Source: Minisyncoccota bacterium (lineage in GTDB: Bacteria > Patescibacteriota > Minisyncoccia > Phycocordibacterales > Phycocordibacteraceae). From it: a stretch of DNA of 64,000 nucleotides. The notes under the pieces are model-generated. The model was not told where the DNA came from. It did not search any database and was given only the letters and a program-made list of their open reading frames with translations. The stretch covers positions 556,450 to 620,449 of the forward strand of contig DASWXP010000002.1 of the NCBI GenBank assembly GCA_036405415.1, given 5' to 3'. This document shows, piece by piece, positions 37,601-43,026 of this stretch; within the stretch, counting starts at the first letter, position 1; each line of letters starts with the position of its first letter. Made by a program: the position numbers and the translations under genes.

Positions 37601-37981
37601 CCAGCAACCTCAGGCGACACCACGCCGCCATCCATCTCGCTTAACGGAAGCGCCGCTATCGAAGTAGGGCAGGGAGGCTCTTGGAACGATCAGGGCGCAA
37701 CAGCTTCAGACGACGTTGACGGCGACCTCTCGAGCCATATTCAGGTATCAGGCTCCGTTGATACGGCAACGCCTGGCCTCTACACCGTCACGTACTCCGT
37801 ATCGGACGCTGCGGGTAATCAGGCGAACGTATCACGCATCGTGACGGTTACTGCAGCGCCACAGGCACCAGCACCAGCTCCAGCTCCGGCTCCGGTGCCT
37901 ACACCGACTCCGGAACCAGCTCCGGCTCCAGCACCTGAACCTGCTCCAGCTCCGGAACCAGCACCGGCACCCTCCGTATAG
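25688..37981 (+). CDS. giant (4097-aa) membrane-anchored surface fibre protein: N-terminal HTH_17-like module, TM helix, T/N-rich region, ~25 GNVGIGTTSP repeats, Peptidase_S74-like intramolecular chaperone domain, coiled coil, DUF5011 Ig-like domain, Pro/Ala/Glu tail
   Basis: Single uninterrupted ORF; only available start is TTG 25688 (in-frame TAA at 25661); domain calls from motif recognition (see findings). Confidence 0.7.
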   Translation: MNKLLQEKLISTKDASALSGYTSDYLSRLCREGKIDGTQVGRTWLVDRDSLEKFIATQIDRKAELAESLAREREREYRLSNTKSISMTRSMERGTRDAVNSVVAAFAKARLPHGMPAFSGTAVAMALTAIVLAGSAAAAGSGVVARMGAGLLAAALEARVQVLEGAHSLAIDSLAHRETLAETAREDLALDENAFANVQSIKLEEVSSALTLAMRDVHAPVAPTQIAYERAEEISATYASDTTFAESAKAIGSAVQNPNVTASVVADGLMRTYASVGALALRDIETTLSAHEDAVTAAGEGLFALSTGMRDGARTLPLAVGSAFIRASDASLSLYEQGVYGFAALSQDVPHTLVAAALDTGSMVGGLTQLAVTAAPRAYEDGMISFSEETSQLGMRISEGSFALGANSHGLVSGLLIAEDRAIAGFMRSASDTVALAPAGTGSASAQQGIDLVPSAITNEVLGIVGNIALSIENLEGDMLTASPLASLNLDAFVPGFLKNVTAVLARAFDSALHGILGPLAGFFGAGEEAGIAIIPGDGANIPGPGDRGSSEASIVYNGPVTIIRNEYPSVTYGGVPQAYVDERFDFLRRTLYNRIEDVADDDDVGITTLDGQTGNDMLLNNPTIVGGTITDSELDVATSTVTGSFTVNGNASITGDLTATNATTTNFYATAGSFASATIDVLTAPSATIANLIVTNSTTTNATSTNLYVSNLAGLVATITDAFFTNVTASLATLTNAVVTTLTATNATLTNATSTNATTTGSLALTYVTPSRLLSVDAFGKVVATNLASWVTGSANQITVTDTGAGGIQLSLPSVLVFGTSSPTTLAGNGATSTFGGGIYAPRIEAGEYIAGPYVLATSTTATSAFSGNIAIGRNATIGTSASDSLVVNATVGSNFVPSLNNAYDLGSAANNWRRIYVDEVVANNLSAASTSIAGTVSSDFSINSDNASNDTEDMSLTFNRGVASPNAILAWNSTTKRFEFNMPVFSANGIFTNATTSNLAVTNFTLGGSTFTSLLGSGLSNVGGALTADLGALDDTFFRQDGNSFGATAILGTNDNNNLAFETNGSTKMTLLANGYLGIGTTSPTTPLYVSSDFPRITIDRNTNNSGNSLILFNQESVLKAGIGIAGGTNGVIAGSVSGDLVARTQGGNMYFSNDGTGATSQLSIINNGNVGIGTVTPSTLLHLHTAGGGDAPRLKFTNGTTGTTATDGAFVGISNTSQLDVWNFESNSLRFATANTLRMVIDATGNVGVGTSSPAFAAISARYLAVDGSSLGADIPGAVGAGGNITGTTNNIGQFAFYNNALSTAEKRNATIVGTNDGALNSGLIRFFTANAGTLGERMRITSTGNIGIGTTTPDRMLSVAGTGLFTGLTTFLSGFDIGGSTFTSLLGSGLTNVGGALTLDRTGDWTGTFDGQEGSYYLARANHTGTQLASTISDFASTARGLFSSTATGLTYTSGTGVFSLTSGYEIPLTASTTNWNTFYNTPSTRITAGSGLAWAGNTLSADLNTLDDTFFRQDGNSFGTTATLGTNDSNALALETNGSTRLTITSSGNVGIGTSSPTHALSVNGNAYIQGGIGSGIEPASVPGILLLNRTGGDPAIVFYENGSQVGQLRGDGTNNKIQFSNALATRFPFTLDLTTENIGIGTTTPEGRLTLVASSTGDSLVIASSTGARQLTVNTNGSLIFSSSGQSYKQVTGVDEDGPSIFLNRTLGNEATANEHGIIDRNTFTRATKAYNSYDSQPYFTGTNDYDHYAGFQARGAMNSTGTLSRYHGFASTPNVAAGTVTNLYGYSVYDAVGAGTVTNNYGLHVQNLTKGTNNFAIYTDGTTKSYFGGNVGIGTTSPASLLHVSSNTSTSFTVERDSVTDPGKIQLITESAENSIYSRTNTTAAKNLRFVIGTAERMRIDTLGNVGIGTTSPSRLLSVGDDGTYSAYFSGRVGIGTTSPTRGLVLTSATTVNAALQLAYTASGGRTWDINPFRNGVSNAGFEIYDVTAGASRIAIDASGNVGIGTTSPSAKLDVYGNAILSSAGSTLSFVKSGAGETPAILFTHSTNAGGSRIVSSGSNAQALIIDLDQDATSNFDAFSIRANNTSTRFHIDNAGNVGIGTTSPFAKLHVYGGASGVTTPSATADDFVVEGSSTSQNGFSLLGPDSAYAYQVFGSPSDSFGAFSRWNFNNKLFEIGTADDTGAADLAFVTGNSSEKMRILDNGNVGIGTTTPGQLLHVYGGTNPAIRVTGSGNTSAYMDIATDGTGTAQTRYITGNTARWAVGVDPAANNNFVFANSSAVTSGQRMVLTTSGNLGIGTVAPQTALSFATTSAASGITLYQTADETTNYARGRMYYNGSVFTLRTEKAGSGADTPLSIYPSNGIANIYFSTLGTDGNTGFVQIGAANNTQNRISVHLGVGSHGASVGTQTQVAIQPTIAQAGTANYIALSIKPTESSLGSGSSYLFQAGTAANPGMFNITNAGNVGIGNSNPGSLLNVSTDTVGAAAFMVNTVTGGQARWQITAAGSPTTSRFIMSARDSSNNTAVSIDPTGTTYFNTGGNFGIGTSSPSRKLTVEGDASVLFRLDRTTTVNSYNTIQFNSPWTGGSYTAQIGTKAESTYANSYTYISADNTNIHLAVTTAGNVGIGTVSPTDKLAVLGDTNGYINARVRNDNAGSSAYAMIGINASGNSWGMRMGSAANNSNRLDFVSDAFGTPVERLSITTAGNVGIGTTTPTALFQVGSATQRGFKVYGNNSPYGTVLAGDAGGWAFGYNFEGNAGAALGGFGALGNSNSLDSYYIGTFANQRMTILSGGNVGIGTTSPYAGLTIARGGGTAAFADTILSLNSSSNVERFRFSGDGSMQWGTGAANGILSWDTNLAIVGGSAGNALSLRANNADVVRITTAGNVGIGNSAPTTPLDTQGIITTRSAAADTPGAPTESIRMSLTGYSPTDRYRNSIFNSVSTIPASSVMQFRVNNGDTTQATVMTLLGNGNVGVGITNPSYRFTVQDTTTDGIAGRFSQSGTGTPFGVYSSATGAGTQNVAGYFQTSGATTNIGVSADVASGANNYAFYAANTAKSYFAGNVGIGVTSPASQLTVGKTTGGVISITTAGTAGTTASPLPATLNFVGYGEVTKGAISVQDRTGNVLGGWMKFQTADSSDVLQDRVMIDRAGNFGINTMTPQATLVVGGAQSGNAGLEIVPGSGIVAQSYNRNTSAYASLSFDASAIAFRPSGSTMLTVNGAGAAVGTASVSDRFVVEVATNKRLGVEEITSSAISDFSTGGASIQFSRASDGADNLTGIFTYNNSGNTSINLAMAARSDLVFAAGGGAAYTNSPERMRITSSGNVGIATSTPGQALTVAGSTYITGGLGIGNVNTTAGSLLTTSHITMGTLSQFSAAGGSALTSPANGVWRVTNNAGTDFSRFQFGGGTSAFPSIKRNGAGLDFRLADDSGYATTTHQGGLFLGNVGVGTTTPGYRLSVGGDINFTGSLYQNGVAFGGSSQWTTSGSNIYYNTGNVSIGTTTTSSTTKLFVVGPNTGTVAFSVGDRFRVDGLGNLFWGQTAGTVSGILSSAANGDVTMGSQFANRDLYIQTSAFNAIQIYGGVTGTLGNIKLGAYGAGTLQTDGAGNVTASSDERLKDIQGNFSRGLADLMAINPINYRWNAASGFDTEGMYSGFSAQNVKDSIPEAVGTDPRGYLTLSDRPILAATVNAVKELNVRTLSLAPAAQNQEAHSLAVSADASVAGLLTVSGTGSFLGTVEAASFLTTADAGLPENVLTAGQADLYKMARFAISEIKDLKERTDLLAVRIDDIETRVAALEAQGQSASSTMAGAVGLTASSLKSALESFGIFIENGIAQFNTLVFRQLAVAKDEAGDSSAGSVTILAGNTVTQVQNPYVLPTSKVFVTFTSPVVGAWYISHKEAGSFRVTLAESQPSDVSFDYFILQTEGQLASPGAAGPSQQNQVPTPAPQPFQPVFPQDGGTTTPATSGDTTPPSISLNGSAAIEVGQGGSWNDQGATASDDVDGDLSSHIQVSGSVDTATPGLYTVTYSVSDAAGNQANVSRIVTVTAAPQAPAPAPAPAPVPTPTPEPAPAPAPEPAPAPEPAPAPSV
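28900..36250 (+). repeat. about 25 degenerate coding repeats (~240-300 nt each) each containing a G-N-[VIL]-G-[IV]-G-T-T-[ST]-P motif
   Basis: Motif recurrences read directly from translation (e.g. GNVGIGTTSPASLLHV, GNVGIGTTSPSRLLSV, GNVGIGTTSPFAKLHV). Confidence 0.7.
36542..36810 (+). other. Peptidase_S74-like intramolecular chaperone/autoprotease domain (tail-fibre/endosialidase C-terminal chaperone type)
   Basis: ASSDERLKDIQGNF...LMAINPINYRW...GFSAQNVKDSIPEAV matches the conserved SDxRLK Ser-Lys dyad region of S74 domains. Confidence 0.6.
37624..37852 (+). other. DUF5011-type bacterial Ig-like domain
   Basis: PPSISLNGSAAIEVGQGGSWNDQGATASDDVDGDLSSHIQVSGSVDTATPGLYTVTYSVSDAAGNQANVSRIVTV. 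Confidence 0.55.
37856..37978 (+). repeat. Pro/Ala/Glu-rich C-terminal tail encoded by short tandem ccagct/ccggct/ccggaa units
   Basis: APQAPAPAPAPAPVPTPTPEPAPAPAPEPAPAPEPAPAPSV. Confidence 0.5.
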
Positions 37982-38034
37982 CGAAGGGTAGGGATGGTAG
38001 ACTTTATCCATATTCAGGTATCAAACGTACATCT

Positions 38035-39045
38035 ATGGCCATTCGGGTAGCGATTAACGGTTTCGGGCGCATCGGCAGGGCATTCGTCCGGCAGACATGG
38101 GATAACCCGGAGATAGAGCTCGTGGCCATTAACGATCTCGGTTCCGCAGAGAATCTCGCGTATCTCCTCAAGTTCGATACGGTATACGGCCGAGCGCCGT
38201 TCCCGGTCTTGTGGAAGGAAGGCGCGCTCTCGATCAACGAGAAGGAGGTCCGTTTCCTCTCAGAGAAGGACCCCGCGCTCCTTCCCTGGAAGGATATGCA
38301 GGTAGACGTAGTAGTCGAGGCGACCGGGTTCTTCACGGACTATGAGAAAGCGAACGCGCACGTTACCGCAGGCGCCCGCCGCGTCGTCATCACGGGACCG
38401 GTGAAGGAAGAGCATCCCTTGGGCGCGACCATCCTCATGGGGCTCGACGAATCAAAGCTCGCTACCTGCCCGATAACGAGTAACGCCTCCTGCACTACCA
38501 ACTCCGCGTCTCCGGTGATCGCCATCCTCGACGAGGCGCTCGGCATCGAGAAGGCCGTGCTCTCGACCACGCACGCCTACACCGCGAGCCAGTCCATCGT
38601 GGACGGTCCGTCCAAGAAGGACCTCAAGGAGGGCAGGGCAGCGGCGCAGAACATCGTGCCGACCTCTACCGGCGCTGCGGTCGCGGTAACGAAGGCATAC
38701 CCGTCGCTTTCCGGGAAGTTCGACGGCATCTCGCTTCGCGTTCCGGTTCCGGCAGGCTCCATCGCGGACATAACCTTCATCGCCAAGCGCCCGACAACCG
38801 CGGAAGAAGTGAACGACATCCTCCGGAAGGCGGCTGAGCTCCCGCGCTGGCAGGGCATCTTCCGGGCTTCGGACGAGGAGTACGTCTCGAGCGACATCGT
38901 GGGCGAGCACGCCGCTTCCATCGCGGACCTCGGCATGACGCGCGTCGTGGACGGGAACCTCGTGAAGGTGCTCGCGTGGTACGACAACGAGGCCGGATAT
39001 ACGGCGACCCTGGTGCAGCACGTGCTCAAGGCAGGCGCGGCGTAA
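38035..39045 (+). CDS. gap: glyceraldehyde-3-phosphate dehydrogenase
   Basis: VAINGFGRIGR, SNASCTTN, catalytic Cys context. Confidence 0.9.
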   Translation: MAIRVAINGFGRIGRAFVRQTWDNPEIELVAINDLGSAENLAYLLKFDTVYGRAPFPVLWKEGALSINEKEVRFLSEKDPALLPWKDMQVDVVVEATGFFTDYEKANAHVTAGARRVVITGPVKEEHPLGATILMGLDESKLATCPITSNASCTTNSASPVIAILDEALGIEKAVLSTTHAYTASQSIVDGPSKKDLKEGRAAAQNIVPTSTGAAVAVTKAYPSLSGKFDGISLRVPVPAGSIADITFIAKRPTTAEEVNDILRKAAELPRWQGIFRASDEEYVSSDIVGEHAASIADLGMTRVVDGNLVKVLAWYDNEAGYTATLVQHVLKAGAA

Positions 39046-39063
39046 AACTCACACATTGACGCA

Positions 39064-39090
39064 GATACCACGCGCTATGCGCGTGGTATC
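39064..39090 (+). terminator. 12-bp perfect stem hairpin with 3-nt loop, followed by U-rich tcttattat
   Basis: gataccacgcgc-tat-gcgcgtggtatc. Confidence 0.5.
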
Positions 39091-39100
39091 GTCTTATTAT

Positions 39101-39490
39101 ATGGAACCCGTATCTCAAGCCGACCCTACCGAGCCTCGCACGAGAAGAGTCTTTATCATAATCTCCACCGTAGCGGTGCTCGCTGTCATAGTCGCAGGAG
39201 CGGCATACATGGCCTTCAATCCAAAAGAGAAGGAGGTCACGCTCATACGGAACTTCGCGTGTGCGGACGGTTCGCGGTATCTCGTGATCGACAATACGGA
39301 CAAGATTACCGTGTCCGGTCAGGAATTCGCCCGCGCCGGAGAGTCAGTGCCAGCTCGATACGAAAACGGCACGGATATAGCATTCGTGCTTAGCGAAGAC
39401 ACACTCGCAGTCGTTAACAATAAGACTGAGGAGTCCATCGCGACCTGCACAGCCCAGGCGGCTGAAGTTGATTTCGTAAAGGAGCAATAA
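39101..39490 (+). CDS. hypothetical single-pass membrane protein
   Basis: TM helix VFIIISTVAVLAVIVAGAAYMAF; start ATG 39101 chosen to sit after the terminator hairpin. Confidence 0.35.
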   Translation: MEPVSQADPTEPRTRRVFIIISTVAVLAVIVAGAAYMAFNPKEKEVTLIRNFACADGSRYLVIDNTDKITVSGQEFARAGESVPARYENGTDIAFVLSEDTLAVVNNKTEESIATCTAQAAEVDFVKEQ

Positions 39491-39498
39491 CGGAGCAT

Positions 39499-40992
39499 AT
39501 GAAAACCACACTATTCGCAAGAATCATCTCAGCTTCCTCAGCGCTTGCTCTGGCGACTCTCATTTTCTTCATGGCAGCTACGAATGCGCTTGCCTGCGGG
39601 ATGACCTGTAATGGGGACTACTTCGCTGCTGGTACGCCCGGAGCAGTTGCAGAGACGGGCAGGTACGACACGGCGGTGTGCATGGGGTCTGTCTCGATAG
39701 AAGAATGTCCTGGCGGAACCGATTATGGAGGCGGGGGCGGAGGTGGTGGTGGCGGAGGCGGCAGCTATGTCGACCTTACCGCAAGCGACATAACACCGGT
39801 CATCACGACTAGCGGCGAAGCACAGACATACTACGCAACCGTCTATAACGGCCCGACGATCGCAGGGAACACTACGACCCTGTTCCAGCGGACCGAGAAT
39901 CCCGGTGACGTGAGCGCGCCAGTGGTGAGTATGGTCGCGACAGCGAGCATGAACCCATACTCAGCGCGCACCTTGTCGGCAAGCTATACCCGTACGGGCG
40001 GTTCGTTCTACATGCGCGCATGCGCAGACGCGAACAATCAGATCGCCGAGATCAACGAGAATAACAACTGCGGTCCGTGGACGCTCATAACCGTCATGCC
40101 TTCTGCGCAGCAGGCGGATCTCGTCGCAGGAAGCGTGAGCGTCTCGAACGCGGTCCAAGGCGCGGCTGCGACCCTGAGCGCGAGCGCGTCGAATATCGGT
40201 GCTGGCGCGTCCGATAGCTTCCCGCTCTTGTTCCAGATCTCAGAGACCGGAGCACGCACTAACAGCGCGTACCTCGGGGGACTCGGTTCCGGCGCTTCTG
40301 CGGGCGGTACCGGCTCGTACAAGTTCCCGGATTTCGGGGTGTACAACGTGCGAGCCTGCGCGAACTTCGACACGGCCTGGAATCCGGTCGCGGCCGAATC
40401 GAGCACCGCGAACAACTGCGGTCCGTGGACCGAGGTCACGGTCTCGCCCGTGGTAACGCCGGCGCTCTCGTGCTCCGTATCGGCGACATCGGTAGCGGTT
40501 GGCGGATCGGTCACCTATAGCGCGAACCCGTCAGGAGGCGCCTCTGGTCCCTACACCTGGACCGCGTCTGACGGCGGGAGCTACGGAACCGGCTCGACCG
40601 CATCCCGATCCTTCAGCGCTCCCGGCACGTACGCGATGAACGTCGATACGTCCTCGACCGCGGTATCCTACTGCCCGAACGTGAGCGTCGTATCGACCGC
40701 ATGTAGCGCTGCGACAACTGATCTCTCCATAACCGCGACCCCGTCACGCGTGCGTGCGGGACAGACCTCGACCATCTCCTGGACCGCGTCCGGCGTGAAC
40801 GGCGAAGGCGCAAGCTGCACCGTCTCGGGCCCTGGCGTCTCCTGGACCTCAAGCGTAACGGCAGCGCCGCAGTGTTCCGCAGGCGGATCCTCAAGCGCTA
40901 CGATCGCGACCCAGAGCACCTACACCATCACGTGCGCCGGCCAGTCCGAGAGCGTCGTGGTGAACGTGATTCCGCAGATCATCGAGTTCTAG
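39499..40992 (+). CDS. secreted CARDB-domain adhesin-like protein A (Gly12 tract; C-terminal Cys-containing module ending NVIPQIIEF)
   Basis: Signal peptide, NNCGPWT motifs twice, C-terminal ~300 aa paralogous to the protein at 49982..51940. Confidence 0.6.
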   Translation: MKTTLFARIISASSALALATLIFFMAATNALACGMTCNGDYFAAGTPGAVAETGRYDTAVCMGSVSIEECPGGTDYGGGGGGGGGGGGSYVDLTASDITPVITTSGEAQTYYATVYNGPTIAGNTTTLFQRTENPGDVSAPVVSMVATASMNPYSARTLSASYTRTGGSFYMRACADANNQIAEINENNNCGPWTLITVMPSAQQADLVAGSVSVSNAVQGAAATLSASASNIGAGASDSFPLLFQISETGARTNSAYLGGLGSGASAGGTGSYKFPDFGVYNVRACANFDTAWNPVAAESSTANNCGPWTEVTVSPVVTPALSCSVSATSVAVGGSVTYSANPSGGASGPYTWTASDGGSYGTGSTASRSFSAPGTYAMNVDTSSTAVSYCPNVSVVSTACSAATTDLSITATPSRVRAGQTSTISWTASGVNGEGASCTVSGPGVSWTSSVTAAPQCSAGGSSSATIATQSTYTITCAGQSESVVVNVIPQIIEF

Positions 40993-40995
40993 TCC

Positions 40996-41487
40996 ATGCC
41001 CAAGGTATATATCGCGAGCGATCATACGGGATTCCTGCTCAAGGGAGAGCTCGTGACGTATCTCACCGAGACGCTCCTCTACGAGGTTGAGGATCTCGGT
41101 GCGCACGAACTCAATCCCGAAGATGATTATCCTGACCTCATAACGCCATGCGCGAAGAAGGTCGTAGGCACGCCTGACGCGCTCGGCATCGTGATCGGCG
41201 GATCAGGGCAAGGGGAAGCGGTTGCAGCGAACCGGGTCCCGGGCGTGCGCGCCGCGCTCTTCTACGGCGAGGCGCGGGCCGTAGGCGCTATCGACGCTGA
41301 AGGCGCCCCTGCGCTCGACGGCTACGATATCGTGCGCCTTGCGCGCGTGCACAACGATGCGAACGTACTTTCGCTTGCAGCGCGCTTCGTGGATACCGAC
41401 ACTGCTAAGGAGGCGGTGCGCATTTTCGTCTCGACGGCGTTCTCAGGCGTCGAGCGGCACCTGCGACGCATCAGAAAGCTCGGGTAG
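40996..41487 (+). CDS. rpiB: ribose-5-phosphate isomerase B (RpiB/LacAB family)
   Basis: KVYIASDHTGF...GIVIGGSGQGEAVAANR motifs. Confidence 0.8.
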   Translation: MPKVYIASDHTGFLLKGELVTYLTETLLYEVEDLGAHELNPEDDYPDLITPCAKKVVGTPDALGIVIGGSGQGEAVAANRVPGVRAALFYGEARAVGAIDAEGAPALDGYDIVRLARVHNDANVLSLAARFVDTDTAKEAVRIFVSTAFSGVERHLRRIRKLG

Positions 41488-41495
41488 GAGCGCGC

Positions 41496-41501
41496 TATAC
41501 T
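41496..41501 (+). promoter_or_regulatory. -10-like TATACT 7 nt upstream of ATG 41509
   Basis: gcgctatactagggtgc-ATG. Confidence 0.35.
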
Positions 41502-41508
41502 AGGGTGC

Positions 41509-42231
41509 ATGGGAATCATAGTCCCGGCCATACTTCCGGTATCGCGCGAGGACCTCGAGCAGAAGCTCGATATTCTTGACGGTGTCTGCGAAGAGGTGCA
41601 GGTAGATATCGTGGACGGCGTCTATGCCGGTCCTGCGACCTGGCCCTATACCCGGGACGCGTCAGAACCGTCACGCATGCTCGCGGATGGGGAATTCCTC
41701 CCGAAAGCCGGTCGCTTCAGGATTGAAATCGATCTCATGAGCGGAGACCCGGAGTCTGTGGCGGGAACCTGGATCGGGCTCGGCGCTGCGCGTCTTACGA
41801 TCCACGCGGAGAGCACGCGGTACCTGCCGCGCTTCCTTGCGAGCACCCGCTCCCTGTACGGGCATGACAAGGAGTTCGAATCCGACCTGCTGTCGCTCGG
41901 CCTTGCTATTGGCGCAGAGACCGACCTCTCGCTGATCGAGCCCTATATCGACAAGATCGATTACGTGCAGTTCATGGGCATCCGTACCATAGGCAGGCAG
42001 GGCGAGCCGTTCGATATGCGCACGATCGCGAAGGTCCGGGCATTCCGGAAGAAGTACCCGAAGACGCCGGTGCAGGTGGACGGAGGCGTGACGCTCAAGA
42101 ACGCCGCAGAGCTCCTTGATGCGGGTGTGGCGCGCCTTGTCGTGGGCTCTGCGATCTGGCGCGCAGAGAATCCACTCGACGCGTATCGCGCGCTCGACGC
42201 CCTCACCGAGCAGCATGGGCTCTATGCATAG
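41509..42231 (+). CDS. rpe: ribulose-phosphate 3-epimerase-like (divergent)
   Basis: IVPAIL N-terminus, VQVDIVDG, later FMGIRTIGRQGEPFD motifs reminiscent of Rpe TIM barrel. Confidence 0.55.
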   Translation: MGIIVPAILPVSREDLEQKLDILDGVCEEVQVDIVDGVYAGPATWPYTRDASEPSRMLADGEFLPKAGRFRIEIDLMSGDPESVAGTWIGLGAARLTIHAESTRYLPRFLASTRSLYGHDKEFESDLLSLGLAIGAETDLSLIEPYIDKIDYVQFMGIRTIGRQGEPFDMRTIAKVRAFRKKYPKTPVQVDGGVTLKNAAELLDAGVARLVVGSAIWRAENPLDAYRALDALTEQHGLYA

Positions 42232-42754
42232 CATCCGCGGATTCACTCTTATCGAGCTTCTCGTAGTGATAGCCATCATCGGCGTGCTCTCGTCGGTAGT
42301 ACTCGCAAGCCTCAGTCAGGCGCGCATCAAAGCACGCGACACGTCCCGGATATCGCAGCTCGCGGAGATCCGGAAAGCGCTCGAGCTCTATTATCTCGAT
42401 AAGGGCTACTATCCGGCATCTAACTGCGGCTGGGACTGCAACGGATACCGCTACAGCTACGACAGCTCATGGAATGCGCTCGCGAGCGACCTTGCTCCGT
42501 ACATGAGTACGTTGCCGCGCGATCCCGTGAATACCGGCTGCACGCCGTGGAGTGCGAATTGCTTCTCATACGCGTACGGGAACGTAGGACGCAGCACCTA
42601 TGCGCCGCAGTACGATCTCACCGCCCAGCTCGAAGACCCCTTGAGCGCGTACCGCTGCACAGCTCGCGGTTACCGGTTCTATTTCAATAATCAGGGCTGG
42701 TGCAGTGCATCTGGGGGATCCTATTCGGATCAGATTTACGAAGCGTCGCCATAA
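42215..42754 (+). CDS. type IV pilin / pseudopilin (prepilin-type N-terminal cleavage-methylation domain)
   Basis: MGSMHSIRG|FTLIELLVVIAIIGVLSSVVLASL class III signal; ATG 42215 overlaps rpe stop. Confidence 0.75.
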   Translation: MGSMHSIRGFTLIELLVVIAIIGVLSSVVLASLSQARIKARDTSRISQLAEIRKALELYYLDKGYYPASNCGWDCNGYRYSYDSSWNALASDLAPYMSTLPRDPVNTGCTPWSANCFSYAYGNVGRSTYAPQYDLTAQLEDPLSAYRCTARGYRFYFNNQGWCSASGGSYSDQIYEASP

Positions 42755-42759
42755 GCTGT

Positions 42760-43002
42760 ATGTCTAACGTCGTATTTAACGAAGAACAGACGCCAACGAG
42801 ACAGGTCGTGAACCGGGATCCGCTCTTCGTGCGCCTCCTTATCAAGTACCAGATAGTAAAGACTCCCAAAGCGGCGGAATACGTGCTTATCGCAGCGATC
42901 GTTCTCGCATGTATCGCGGCCGTCATCGTGTTCCCGAAGGGAAGGCCTGATCCGGGAACCAATATCCCGGTCGCAGGACCCATGGACACCCGTATGCGCT
43001 AG
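42760..43002 (+). CDS. hypothetical small membrane protein
   Basis: One TM helix YVLIAAIVLACIAAVIVF; weak support. Confidence 0.2.
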   Translation: MSNVVFNEEQTPTRQVVNRDPLFVRLLIKYQIVKTPKAAEYVLIAAIVLACIAAVIVFPKGRPDPGTNIPVAGPMDTRMR

Positions 43003-43012
43003 AGACGCGCGG

Positions 43013-43018
43013 TATACT
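43013..43018 (+). promoter_or_regulatory. -10-like TATACT 8 nt upstream of ATG 43027
   Basis: ggtatactggaaggta-ATG. Confidence 0.35.
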
Positions 43019-43026
43019 GGAAGGTA

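Noticed and set aside
38452-39071. Minus-strand ORFs of 189 and 164 aa
   Set aside because: Antisense to gap (GAPDH), a highly conserved gene.
39728-39765. Gly12 tract as a phase-variable simple sequence repeat
   Set aside because: Codons are a mixture of GGA/GGC/GGG/GGT, not a homopolymer or perfect trinucleotide repeat, so slippage is improbable.
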